Shown one piece after another: positions 1 through 9,475 of a stretch of 64,000 nucleotides of DNA. Every line of letters begins with the position of its first letter. The stretch's first letter is position 1. The DNA comes from a virus. The notes under the pieces are model-generated. The model had not been told where the DNA came from and ran no database searches. It was given only the letters and a program-made list of their open reading frames with translations. Location of the stretch: positions 8,475 through 72,474 of IMG/VR virus record IMGVR_UViG_3300005253_000262. One strand, written 5' to 3'. The translations under genes were made by a program, and so were the position numbers.

Positions 1-1
1 G

Positions 2-1120
2 ATAGGGTACTTCGGTACAGGCCTGAAGTATGCAATCGCGGTATGCCTGAGAGAAGGCCAGAAGGTCACACTCTGGCTCGGAACGAAGAAGTGCACCTTC
101 CGAGTGAGGAAGCAGGAGATCCGTGGAGAAGAGTTCCACATGGTCACGATGAACCATAAAGACCTCCCATTCACTACGAAGCTGGGTAAAGACTGGGAGC
201 TCTGGATGGCGTACAGGGAACTTGCTGCCAATGCAATGGACGAACCTGAAACAATGATTGGAGGGGGTACCAAAGTTCCTGGAAACCCGCCTAAGGGACG
301 TACCACATTTATCGTGGAAGGTGACGCTATTGAGGCGGTACATAAGCAGCAGAACAAAATCTTCCTCCAGACAGAGCCTCGGTACAAATTCGCTTCGGTA
401 GAGCTTCATGACCGAACTAGTGAAGAGAGCTGGATCTACTACCGCGGGATCCGTGTACACAAATTAGACAAGGAGGCGCTATATAACTACAATATCCTCG
501 ATGAGACCCGGCTAACAGAAGATCGGACACTTGCGTCAGTATACACAGCCTATCATGTAATCGCTGGGGCTATAGTATCGTGCGACAACGCAGGGCTTAT
601 TCGCCAGATGCTGGAAGCCCACCAGCTCTACTTCGAAAGCACAATCGATTATGATCTATGGTCGGCGAGACCAGGCAAGACGTTTAATGAGGTTGTTACC
701 CGATATATTCACACGGGTAGATCCTTCAGTACGTCTGCAAAGAGTCTCTATGAGAACGCGCACCCAGAGACACCAGCTCCTGCGTTAGTACAATGGGAAA
801 CGATTCCGATGGAGAAACGACGTAAGCTGTGGGCGGCCCTACGGTTCTGGGACAAGTTAGGTATCGAGATCCCACGGAAAGATATACGTGTAACCGACGC
901 TCTTGGGGACAGGAATAAGGGCACAACCCATATGGGGACGATATACTTATCGCTGCATGTACTTGATCGAGACATGCGGCAGGTTGCTGGGATCATATAT
1001 GGGCTGTATGCAAGGAATAAGCATAAGGCTACCGAGCTCGACTCGATAAGTCTGCTTATCGACACAATCGTGGACTTCGGTGAGCGTCTCCTTGGGCTAC
1101 AAAGAAAGGACGCTGTCTAA
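2..1120 (+). CDS. GHKL-type ATPase domain protein, 5'-truncated by window edge
   Basis: Frame open from nt 2: IGYFGTGLKYAIA (G2-box-like), then WMAYRELAANAMDE (N-box-like) and GRTTFIV. Confidence 0.65.
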   Translation: MGYFGTGLKYAIAVCLREGQKVTLWLGTKKCTFRVRKQEIRGEEFHMVTMNHKDLPFTTKLGKDWELWMAYRELAANAMDEPETMIGGGTKVPGNPPKGRTTFIVEGDAIEAVHKQQNKIFLQTEPRYKFASVELHDRTSEESWIYYRGIRVHKLDKEALYNYNILDETRLTEDRTLASVYTAYHVIAGAIVSCDNAGLIRQMLEAHQLYFESTIDYDLWSARPGKTFNEVVTRYIHTGRSFSTSAKSLYENAHPETPAPALVQWETIPMEKRRKLWAALRFWDKLGIEIPRKDIRVTDALGDRNKGTTHMGTIYLSLHVLDRDMRQVAGIIYGLYARNKHKATELDSISLLIDTIVDFGERLLGLQRKDAV

Positions 1121-1121
1121 C

Positions 1122-1415
1122 ATGAACGAGGAAGGTAGAATCCTCCTTGCCGAGGCTATGGGTGGCCCGATATGGGAAGCGTATATCAATCCAGGTAAGC
1201 ATCCGGAGAATGTTAATCTTCCAGACCCCTTCACAGACGCTAACGACTGTGAGGCACTGATTAGGTGGCTGAATGAGCGGGGCCACCATCTGGAAATACG
1301 TTTTTATGCCAATGGCGATTCAGATGTGACAATTGGACTGCCAAAAAGGATTTGGGTGGGAGCCAATTGGAAACAAGGCGTCTGCGAACTCGCTCTAACG
1401 GCCTCCAGGTTCTGA
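1122..1415 (+). CDS. hypothetical protein
   Basis: AAGGA RBS before ATG 1122; directly follows previous stop. Confidence 0.6.
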   Translation: MNEEGRILLAEAMGGPIWEAYINPGKHPENVNLPDPFTDANDCEALIRWLNERGHHLEIRFYANGDSDVTIGLPKRIWVGANWKQGVCELALTASRF

Positions 1416-1435
1416 ACGAGGCCACAGAACGAGAA

Positions 1436-1539
1436 TGGTGGTTGAGGGATGTGCAATCTCGAGCCAGTGAGCTTCGGCTGACAAAGGCAAGCAGGACACA
1501 GAGCCCACCAACCTAAGGGCACAGAGCCCCCAACCACCA
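1436..1539. ncRNA. candidate structured RNA between convergent gene blocks
   Basis: TGGTGGTTGAGGG/CCCCCAACCACCA closing stem, internal AGC-TTCG-GCT and GCCC/GGGC hairpins. Confidence 0.4.
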
Positions 1540-1544
1540 AATTA

Positions 1545-1799
1545 CTACGATTCCGTTTTCTCCTCACCGTTCCCGTTCGGAGGTGACTTCTCACCTTCGG
1601 GGAGTTTCAGATCAGTTGAGGCCTTGCCAGGCAGTGGTGCTGGGGCAGTATTAATTGCATACTTCCCCGACAGTAATAGCCGTGAGAGCTTCCGCATCTC
1701 ACCAATCCCCTCAGCGTACGTTATAGGGATTATGATAGATCTGTCCTCCGTTATCTTTAGGACTGCCTCGAGCCCCCTAACCATTTCGTGTGTTTCCAT
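1545..1799 (-). CDS. hypothetical protein, last gene of late operon
   Basis: ORF co-oriented with tail genes. Confidence 0.55.
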   Translation of the reverse strand: METHEMVRGLEAVLKITEDRSIIIPITYAEGIGEMRKLSRLLLSGKYAINTAPAPLPGKASTDLKLPEGEKSPPNGNGEEKTES

Positions 1800-1828
1800 G
1801 ATACTATGCCTTTGTTGTGGTGAATGAA

Positions 1829-2464
1829 CTACGTCATACGACGCAGGGTTGCGATTCGATTTGCTTGAGCAACTGCGACATTGGTTAGTGCCTGATAGAG
1901 CTCGTGGACTGCCTGTGCAGTATCCTTCGCATCGATTACCATGTCGATCTCGTCGCTACTAGCCTGTGTTTCAGGAACCGTATCTGTTGGTACTAGAAGG
2001 TCTACAACAGTAATGCTAACGCCATTTGTATATGTAGATCCTGAAACTGCTACTACGGCGTTTACTATAGATCCGAGTACTACGTCGTATATGATCTGCG
2101 CTAGACCATCCCCACCGCCTGCTGTGGCCACCAGGAGGATACTAAAACCGACACCGTTGGCATAGCCAGTACCGGCATTTATGATAACCGGATTTGACAC
2201 CACACCGCCAACAATATCGACTTCGATGATAGCTGGTATACCTGTTTGCCGTCGTGTCTTATAGACGTCCTTGAAGAGTTGATCTGCGACCTGTTGATCA
2301 GTACCTCCTGCAAACTGCCACAGCTCCAGAAGCTCCTGGTAAATACTTTCGGCCTCAAGCAGCACCGCTAATACCTGTGACACAGATTGCTTTATCATGT
2401 TGCCAACACCCTCATCCCCAAATTGGTTTTGGTCCCATCTTTTCTCGCCTGTATGCCCTGCCAT
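1829..2464 (-). CDS. putative virion/tail accessory protein
   Basis: Downstream of tail tip; Gly/Val-rich repeats (IINAGTGYANG, VAVSGSTYTNG); AGGAG RBS. Confidence 0.55.
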   Translation of the reverse strand: MAGHTGEKRWDQNQFGDEGVGNMIKQSVSQVLAVLLEAESIYQELLELWQFAGGTDQQVADQLFKDVYKTRRQTGIPAIIEVDIVGGVVSNPVIINAGTGYANGVGFSILLVATAGGGDGLAQIIYDVVLGSIVNAVVAVSGSTYTNGVSITVVDLLVPTDTVPETQASSDEIDMVIDAKDTAQAVHELYQALTNVAVAQANRIATLRRMT

Positions 2465-2479
2465 TTCCTTCTCCTTCCT

Positions 2480-3058
2480 TTAAGTTTGTACCGCTGTGAG
2501 CTTGACAGTAAACTCCGTGAAATTGGCTGTATCTGCAACTTCACGGACTCGGAACGTAGACTCAACAATAGTTGTACCGGGAGTTCTACCTGGGCCACCC
2601 GTTCGTATTCTTTGCCACAGCATGTCTTGTGTATCAAGTGCGCTATAGACTCCAACGGCGGCATGAGCAACCGAAAAGGTCCCACTCTCTATGCTTACAT
2701 TGGCAACTTCCCATTCAGACTCTGTTACCGTTTCGTCTGTCCATTCCCCGGTATGGTCTACGGGAGGACCAGCATCATCGTTGCCCATGTCGGTGATTAC
2801 TTCCACGCCACCGGCAAAATGTTTCTTAGTCAGTATGCGTCCATCATCACTGCCCGATCCTGCACGGTAGTCATGGAATATAATTCCAACACGGGTTTGT
2901 CCGGTTCCTCCGGTATGCCATATTTCAACATCAGTGACTAATGGTGTCAGACTGAGCACCCCCTGTTGTGCAGCATTGGCAAAGGGAGTGACACTAACCG
3001 AGCCGCGTTGCCAATACGGCCTTCTAGTGTATATGTTTCTTCGCGGCACGAAAATCAT
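2480..3058 (-). CDS. putative tail-tip accessory protein
   Basis: ATGA overlap with upstream tail gene at 3055-3058 gives start MIFVPRR. Confidence 0.55.
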   Translation of the reverse strand: MIFVPRRNIYTRRPYWQRGSVSVTPFANAAQQGVLSLTPLVTDVEIWHTGGTGQTRVGIIFHDYRAGSGSDDGRILTKKHFAGGVEVITDMGNDDAGPPVDHTGEWTDETVTESEWEVANVSIESGTFSVAHAAVGVYSALDTQDMLWQRIRTGGPGRTPGTTIVESTFRVREVADTANFTEFTVKLTAVQT

Positions 3059-6000
3059 GGCACTATTCCTGTACCCCAAGCGTAGTATACGGTTGCTGAC
3101 TCTCTCCAAATGTTTGCCACTCCCCCTGGCCCAATTGTCAGACCTCCCGCAGTATCGATTCTCGTGGCACCATCCAAATAATATAATGTAGTGCTTGCAC
3201 CTTCCGTAACTATATAATTACCGGAAGTGAAGGCGTTAACAACCGTCGTCATTGCATGAATAGGGAAATCTAAATTTCCAGATGCCGCTAATGTAAGGGT
3301 CCTTGCAGTACTTGCATCTTTAAATGCCATCTGGCCGCAATGTTCAGCCTCCAATGTATCACTAACGTTGTCATTGAACACAGGTAAGAAGTTAAACCCG
3401 ACGTCTCTCCAATTATTGCCGTGATCTTTTACTTCCGCACCGGAAGTTTGACCAGTTGCTGCATTATTTTGTGTTCTAAGATCGTCTGTACCATTATAGG
3501 ATAGAGTAACCGAACCATCCTGCAGGGCTACGATCATATTATCTAATGCTGCTCCACCACGTAAACGAAAGTCAACACCATCCACCATATCAATGTACAG
3601 GTCGATTGTGTTGAAATATATACGAGCATCATTACCTGTACCAAAGCGCAGTTCGGAATTATCTACGATGAGCATGTCGGCCAGCGTATCTAACTCTACC
3701 AGGTTATCGGTAAAGGTAAGAATATCGTTGGCGGCAACCTGGATCTTGAGTGCTTGGCCGCTACCAGTATTTATGCTGCCGAAGCCTCCGCCTGAAGACC
3801 AGAGAATTTGTATAGATTGCGTAGAGCCGAGTTGGATACGGGCATCGTCAACTAACTTGAGTGTAGATCCATTCCAAGTTAGGGCCCCGGCTGTATCTAT
3901 CCAGTCGCCAGCACTACGATACAATAGGTCATTATTGACTGCGCCAGTAAGGTTGACATCGGTTAGGTCGTTAAATGCAGAAGCACCTCCCGAAGTTAAA
4001 TCAAAATCTGTCCCCAGATCATTCGTAAACATTGGGGTGCCATCTAAGGCAACCCAGTATTGACCATCGCCAGTAACGTCAACCGCGGCGGCCGCTGACT
4101 CCTCGATGTAGACACTTGCTCCTGTAGCCGCTCGAGATACGCGTATGCCGGCATCGAGTGTGATAAGTCTTTCTCCGCCGTTATATGCAAGGAGAGCCCC
4201 TGCATCTGGATCAGCAGAAAATACAGTAGCCAATCCGCCAGCTACCTTAGTCGCGCGCCATCTGATATTTTGGCCGCGGACATTACTCGTCAGTCCGCCA
4301 AATGTGCCACTACCTGCATCCAGCGTCCACCAGGCAACTGTATCGTTACTATTGGTGAAGACAAAGTTGTTAACGCCACTATCGGTATCGACAGGAGGAT
4401 TGGAACCAACGATGTTGCCCCGAGCTTCGAGTTGAGACGTGGAGATGGCTACAAGTTTGTCATTACCACCCACAATGAGCCGATCTACTACGACGTTGTC
4501 TAATCTATCTGCGTGGATATTCTCTGCACCAGTAACGGCCCAATCTACGTGTTCTGTAGCGAGGAAGCCGAGAAGGTTATCGTGACTGACAATCGCCTCT
4601 ATTTCGCCAGCAGTCTGGTCGGCTGCTGCATTGTCCTCTACGTTTAGGATTGTTCGGGCCGCGCCCGCTGTAATCTCCTCACCATCTCCGGCACCCGCAG
4701 TATCACGTCCGAGGAACCTATTCGTAGCCGTGAAGTCAATATCCGCAGCTACAAGACGCCGACTCTCAAAGTCAACACCATCAGCTACGAGCACATGACG
4801 ATTAGTAGGCGTGGAGGTATTGACATCAGTCAGATCAGATAACTCTGTCGCTCCGCCTCCAGTATTGGCCACCCAGGTACCATCGGCCTGCAGAACTAGA
4901 TTATCATCAGCTGGTGTAGTCGACTTAGGCACGTTTCCAGCCTGATAAGTATTACCAACTAAAGTGCCAAACTCTTCTGATATAGCCCTAATGAATACTG
5001 AATCGATTCTGGTCCTCTCGAAGTCATGGAATCCCTGATTGTATCCAATGCTAAAGTTCCAATACCGAGCCTGTTGAAAGCCAGATGTTGGAACGACAAT
5101 GCGTATTAATTTCCATACGTTTAGTGACTCATCTAGTGTCGTTGTAACCTGGCCGCTCTGTATAGGTTGAGTAGGTTCTTTATCTAGGGGGTTCTTCCAT
5201 CCAAGCGCGCCAGTTATAAACTGTAGTGGCACGGAGGCAGTTGCGGCGGTTGTTTGGTACTTAATTATGAATTCCCACGTCTGTGCTTGTGCCTTTATCT
5301 TTGGCTCAGAAATGAGGCTTGCCCTGTCACCCGCACCTCCACCAGAGAAGGTAAAGAAGTCTATAGCATTCGAACCCTCCTCACCGTCGCCGGGGCGCCA
5401 ATCGACTCGAGCATCGCCTGCTATTATACCTATCTGCCAGTATGTGCCAGAGACAAATGCCCCAACTGTGCCCGTACTGAGGTCGAAATCGGGATCGGCT
5501 ACTTCTTGTATGTCAGAGAATTGCGTGCGTTGGAATTCAAAAGTGACGGCAGTCCCTGCAGCAGTTGGGATGTTTACAGTAGGATCAGTATCTTGCTGGA
5601 ATATGTGAACCACACCAACCTTGTATGCCTGAGCCGCACCCGTTCCTACAACACCCATTATTTCGTCTATAGAGAACAGGTACCATCGAATGTTACTGAC
5701 CACGAAGGCAATGCGCTCACCCACACGTAGCGTGCCATAGAAGCCGCTTTGAATAGCGCCATCAAAGTCGGCCTTATTAATAAGGATAGCATCCGTATTC
5801 TGGAAGTTGTTTTGTGATCCCGAAGTATCTGTAGCACGAGCTGTGAGCATAGCGTACCGGGATTGCCCTGCGGCTAACTGTGTAGTGTCTAAGTCGTCAT
5901 AGGTGAGTGAAACAGCATAGTCTGGAGGACTTATGATATCTGTGCCGTCGGTACCTGTAGTCTGTGTCGTCGACGCAAATACTCCGACGACTCCCGCTCG

Positions 6001-7809
6001 TGTGATGTGGCGTGCGCGTATATCGTAGGCTGTACCAGGATCGAGTGGCACAATAATAGCAGTCTGTAGATCCACGCGTGTAGCTGGTACAGCGATGTAA
6101 TCGGTACCCGTCGTCTTCTTGAACTGTACCTGTGTCTCCACCACAAAGGCACCGGGATCATCCCACGTTACTCTGAGTCCATCTGACGAAGTACCAGCAG
6201 ATCCAGTAACGGTGGTAACAGCAGCAGCTAAGCCTGTGACAGCAATCTGCGCGGTAGGATCAAAGCCACCAGGATCGTTGACAGCTACACTAGTGCCTAA
6301 TGGGGCTGTTGTGTTATAGATGCTGGAGTCTTCCTCGATCACCTCCATAACCACTGCACCAGACACAGAGAAGGACATGTTGATGATTCGGACTGTTACA
6401 TTAACATTATTCGTCTCCTGACAATTCAGTATTGTCACATCGAATGGCTGGAACGTGAGTCCCTTCGGCCCCACTGCGAAACGCCACGTGGCACCAAATC
6501 GGCTGCGTCGTACTATCTCACGCGCTACACGTTCAGCAATGGACTCGTCTTGAATTAATGAAAAGTCATGTTCCTTAAAACGTACTCCTCCATCCTCTGT
6601 AACGGCGGCACTTTCTTCTACCTCCGGATACGGGCGAGGCTGGTATAAGCTCTCGGGGCCCGGATCCACGTAGCGACCCCGCGCTGTATTGTATAGGAGT
6701 CTTAGATCCCCTGAAGGGGTAAAGTCTACTCCTACCGCACGGAGTAGATCGCCTTCGAGGATATCACTGAATGTTGTTAGGTCATCGTTGGGGGCCCAAA
6801 TATAGTACATTCCACCCACGGTAGCGACTTTACCATTAATGGCACCTTCCAGTTGCTTGATGATGGCCTCGTGGTCATTAGTTACTGGTAGGAGTCCACC
6901 AACGCGATATCGAGGTATACCGTCTACTGTTGCCTCGCTTACATTGGCTGCGGCCATAGCCTGATCCATATCGATGTCGTCGCCATCGATGCCTACGCCT
7001 ATCACAAGCTTACCGTTAATCTTCCACCCAAGTAGGTAGCGTAACACTACGAGCGCCCAGTTGTCCCCTAAGATGGTACCCCCGTTCTCCCACTGCCAGG
7101 TGCTCTGATCGTCCGTACGGTGAGCGCCTGTACCTCCACGAGTTGAGTCCAAACGCGGATCGTATACGGGCCCGCCTTGGGCTACTTGCGTAATCCGAGT
7201 AGGGATACCGCCTTCTACTTTCTCGTGATCAATCTTAAAGCGCAGACGGTAATGCGCCATACCGAGACCATCAGCTGTAGCAGGCCAGAGCGTATTTGCG
7301 AAGTTGTCGTCGCCGTCGATGTCTATAAAGGCTGTTTGGGATTCGGTACCAAGTCGTGTTTGACGCCACAGACCATCAGCCCAAGCACCAGTAGCGGCGT
7401 CTCCTGAGAACGTGATGATCTCGTCGTTGATGTATAGGTCCTGGTATGACTCGATAAGGTGCCCAGCACCGGCGATAATATAGGAATAGAAATCGTTGCC
7501 AGCGCCGTGTCTTCCTGCCCATACAAGGTCCGTTGATAATGCTGTGGTTCCGAAGACCCACTTCATTTCTGCCTGGGCATCTACTGAGACGCGAATGCGC
7601 ATTTGGACGGTGCTTAGGTCTAACGAAGGGGCTAGTAAAGCAGAGAGACCCCCTGTTATGCCGCCACCAATTGCTGCTGCTAAGAGGGCATTCTTTATGT
7701 GGAAGAGTCCGGCGAACGGTGTGGAACTAAAGCCTAATAGAGGATAAGCATAGACTGCAATGACGGCAATGATTGCGCCAATAACAATTGCTTTGAAGAC
7801 TTTACCCAT
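3055..7809 (-). CDS. tail tip / central fibre (host specificity J-like) protein
   Basis: 1584 aa; VYDPRLDST...W..N.AL tip motif, FN3-like segment, LSDLTDV fibre repeats; follows NlpC-like gene. Confidence 0.85.
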   Translation of the reverse strand: MGKVFKAIVIGAIIAVIAVYAYPLLGFSSTPFAGLFHIKNALLAAAIGGGITGGLSALLAPSLDLSTVQMRIRVSVDAQAEMKWVFGTTALSTDLVWAGRHGAGNDFYSYIIAGAGHLIESYQDLYINDEIITFSGDAATGAWADGLWRQTRLGTESQTAFIDIDGDDNFANTLWPATADGLGMAHYRLRFKIDHEKVEGGIPTRITQVAQGGPVYDPRLDSTRGGTGAHRTDDQSTWQWENGGTILGDNWALVVLRYLLGWKINGKLVIGVGIDGDDIDMDQAMAAANVSEATVDGIPRYRVGGLLPVTNDHEAIIKQLEGAINGKVATVGGMYYIWAPNDDLTTFSDILEGDLLRAVGVDFTPSGDLRLLYNTARGRYVDPGPESLYQPRPYPEVEESAAVTEDGGVRFKEHDFSLIQDESIAERVAREIVRRSRFGATWRFAVGPKGLTFQPFDVTILNCQETNNVNVTVRIINMSFSVSGAVVMEVIEEDSSIYNTTAPLGTSVAVNDPGGFDPTAQIAVTGLAAAVTTVTGSAGTSSDGLRVTWDDPGAFVVETQVQFKKTTGTDYIAVPATRVDLQTAIIVPLDPGTAYDIRARHITRAGVVGVFASTTQTTGTDGTDIISPPDYAVSLTYDDLDTTQLAAGQSRYAMLTARATDTSGSQNNFQNTDAILINKADFDGAIQSGFYGTLRVGERIAFVVSNIRWYLFSIDEIMGVVGTGAAQAYKVGVVHIFQQDTDPTVNIPTAAGTAVTFEFQRTQFSDIQEVADPDFDLSTGTVGAFVSGTYWQIGIIAGDARVDWRPGDGEEGSNAIDFFTFSGGGAGDRASLISEPKIKAQAQTWEFIIKYQTTAATASVPLQFITGALGWKNPLDKEPTQPIQSGQVTTTLDESLNVWKLIRIVVPTSGFQQARYWNFSIGYNQGFHDFERTRIDSVFIRAISEEFGTLVGNTYQAGNVPKSTTPADDNLVLQADGTWVANTGGGATELSDLTDVNTSTPTNRHVLVADGVDFESRRLVAADIDFTATNRFLGRDTAGAGDGEEITAGAARTILNVEDNAAADQTAGEIEAIVSHDNLLGFLATEHVDWAVTGAENIHADRLDNVVVDRLIVGGNDKLVAISTSQLEARGNIVGSNPPVDTDSGVNNFVFTNSNDTVAWWTLDAGSGTFGGLTSNVRGQNIRWRATKVAGGLATVFSADPDAGALLAYNGGERLITLDAGIRVSRAATGASVYIEESAAAAVDVTGDGQYWVALDGTPMFTNDLGTDFDLTSGGASAFNDLTDVNLTGAVNNDLLYRSAGDWIDTAGALTWNGSTLKLVDDARIQLGSTQSIQILWSSGGGFGSINTGSGQALKIQVAANDILTFTDNLVELDTLADMLIVDNSELRFGTGNDARIYFNTIDLYIDMVDGVDFRLRGGAALDNMIVALQDGSVTLSYNGTDDLRTQNNAATGQTSGAEVKDHGNNWRDVGFNFLPVFNDNVSDTLEAEHCGQMAFKDASTARTLTLAASGNLDFPIHAMTTVVNAFTSGNYIVTEGASTTLYYLDGATRIDTAGGLTIGPGGVANIWRESATVYYAWGTGIVP

Positions 7810-8225
7810 TAATATGGGATCCTAAAGGTGTGCTCTAGGTGGCGAAGACGAACATACGCGATACCGTTCTCACCTATGAACATTCCAAAGCGGCTTAGAT
7901 AGATACCGCAGCAATCTTCATACATGACAACGTCCCCTTTGTGTGCGTAGACACCGCGGAGGGGTTCGCCGAACTTATCCTTTAGCGTATCGTATAGTTC
8001 CCCTTTTCCAATCTTCTTCAACGCCTTCAGGGCACTCTTCCATCCATCATACTTGCCACGAAAGTCTGCCATAGGATCGACGCCAGTCATAGCTTCGACT
8101 GCACCCGCAGCAAATGTGCAACAGTCATGCGTGCCCAAATCAAACTGCTCAGATTGCGCCTTGACAATGTACTCGTTTAGACGAATAGGCCAATCAGGAA
8201 GCCTCTTTATCCGCAGACTACTCAT
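7809..8225 (-). CDS. tail-tip NlpC/P60-like (DUF6950-type) protein
   Basis: RLPDWP..L...FDLGTHDCCTFAA..V.AMTG and GDVV motifs; tail-tip position. Confidence 0.8.
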   Translation of the reverse strand: MSSLRIKRLPDWPIRLNEYIVKAQSEQFDLGTHDCCTFAAGAVEAMTGVDPMADFRGKYDGWKSALKALKKIGKGELYDTLKDKFGEPLRGVYAHKGDVVMYEDCCGIYLSRFGMFIGENGIAYVRLRHLEHTFRIPY

Positions 8226-8872
8226 AAGGGCTCTCCTCCTCCTCCAGGAGTTTTAGGTCCTTTAGGTTGTGGGCCACGATGGATGTCAGGATCGCCCAGA
8301 CCCTCAGGTTTATTTGACAGTTCGAGGATAAACGAAGACCAGGTATCGGCAGGAAACAGTCTGACATGATCGAGCCAGCGCCATGGGATATCTAGTGCTC
8401 GACCAAGGTCCTTATCGATCGTGACAGCTACAGTAGCGCCCTCAGCATCTCGCTTCACCGTCATTTGCGTCATGACGCCCGTCTTGATCCTCGCGGGGTT
8501 GCTTACTACGGTGGCCTCGTCCTCATTGAGGAGAGCCAACCAAAGCCATGCGGAACGCCCGCGCCATTGACGCTTATCGTTGACGATCTGCTTGAGTAGT
8601 TCAAAGTCAAGATCGTGGCCGCTAACTACCATCGTGACCGGCCCACCAATACCTTGATCCTCTACGATATCCGTCATCTCAATGAACGGGGCCATGTTAA
8701 CGAAGATTTGTCCGTCTAGTGCGGCATCACCTGTTGCTGAGGGGGCAAAGGTGCCATGACCTGTCCACGCGATAAGGGGATCTGTCAGAATATCAAATCG
8801 ACCAAGAAGTGTCTGACGGACTGTCCCAGCCTCGAGGGCTGTTACCATCCCTGCTGTGATATCGCGTGCCAT
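8222..8872 (-). CDS. minor tail / tail tip protein
   Basis: Between distal-tail and NlpC genes; WTGHG motif; overlapping stop/start. Confidence 0.7.
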   Translation of the reverse strand: MARDITAGMVTALEAGTVRQTLLGRFDILTDPLIAWTGHGTFAPSATGDAALDGQIFVNMAPFIEMTDIVEDQGIGGPVTMVVSGHDLDFELLKQIVNDKRQWRGRSAWLWLALLNEDEATVVSNPARIKTGVMTQMTVKRDAEGATVAVTIDKDLGRALDIPWRWLDHVRLFPADTWSSFILELSNKPEGLGDPDIHRGPQPKGPKTPGGGGEPL

Positions 8873-8874
8873 TA

Positions 8875-9471
8875 CTATGGACCGAAGTGCTCTATGGCAT
8901 CGATGGTGATGTCGAAGAAGTCCGGAAGCCTTCCAACAACACCAACTTGAGGTGTCAGTAGCCGTAGTGTTATCTCGGGCGTCTTAACATCTACTACTGC
9001 ATTGTTCACAGGGGAGTCGCGAAGTGCCGGCTCGAAGTCGAATGTAACTAGCCCGGCACCGTTAGATACAGCATCCTGTATGAGGACTTTAACTTCAGTG
9101 TTTACCTCGATAGGGTCACCGGCGAGTCCTACCGTTTCACTTGAAGCGGCTCCGTCGCAGTCAAGTGATAGGCCAAGCTGGCCTGCGCCAGCTACAAGCG
9201 GGTCAGCCCCTGTGTAGCCCGCACCCTGCTGCCATCCAGGAGGAGTGGCTTTGAATTGGTTTCCCTGCTTGGCTAGTTGCACTAGTGCAGCCCACCAAGC
9301 ACGTGTATCCACAATACGCTTAGTCACTAGCGGGAATGACAAGAGCCATATAGCTTTAGTGCTCTGCATAATGACGGATCCGCCATCAAAGAATTCTAGT
9401 GCTTGATCGCCGCGTATGAGCCGCCAATCCATGGTGGCGTTTTTAATTGCAGGTATAGTAATGATAGCCAT
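8875..9471 (-). CDS. distal tail protein
   Basis: Immediately after tape measure; start MAIITIP with GGAGG upstream; F.FEPALR motif. Confidence 0.7.
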   Translation of the reverse strand: MAIITIPAIKNATMDWRLIRGDQALEFFDGGSVIMQSTKAIWLLSFPLVTKRIVDTRAWWAALVQLAKQGNQFKATPPGWQQGAGYTGADPLVAGAGQLGLSLDCDGAASSETVGLAGDPIEVNTEVKVLIQDAVSNGAGLVTFDFEPALRDSPVNNAVVDVKTPEITLRLLTPQVGVVGRLPDFFDITIDAIEHFGP

Positions 9472-9475
9472 ATCG

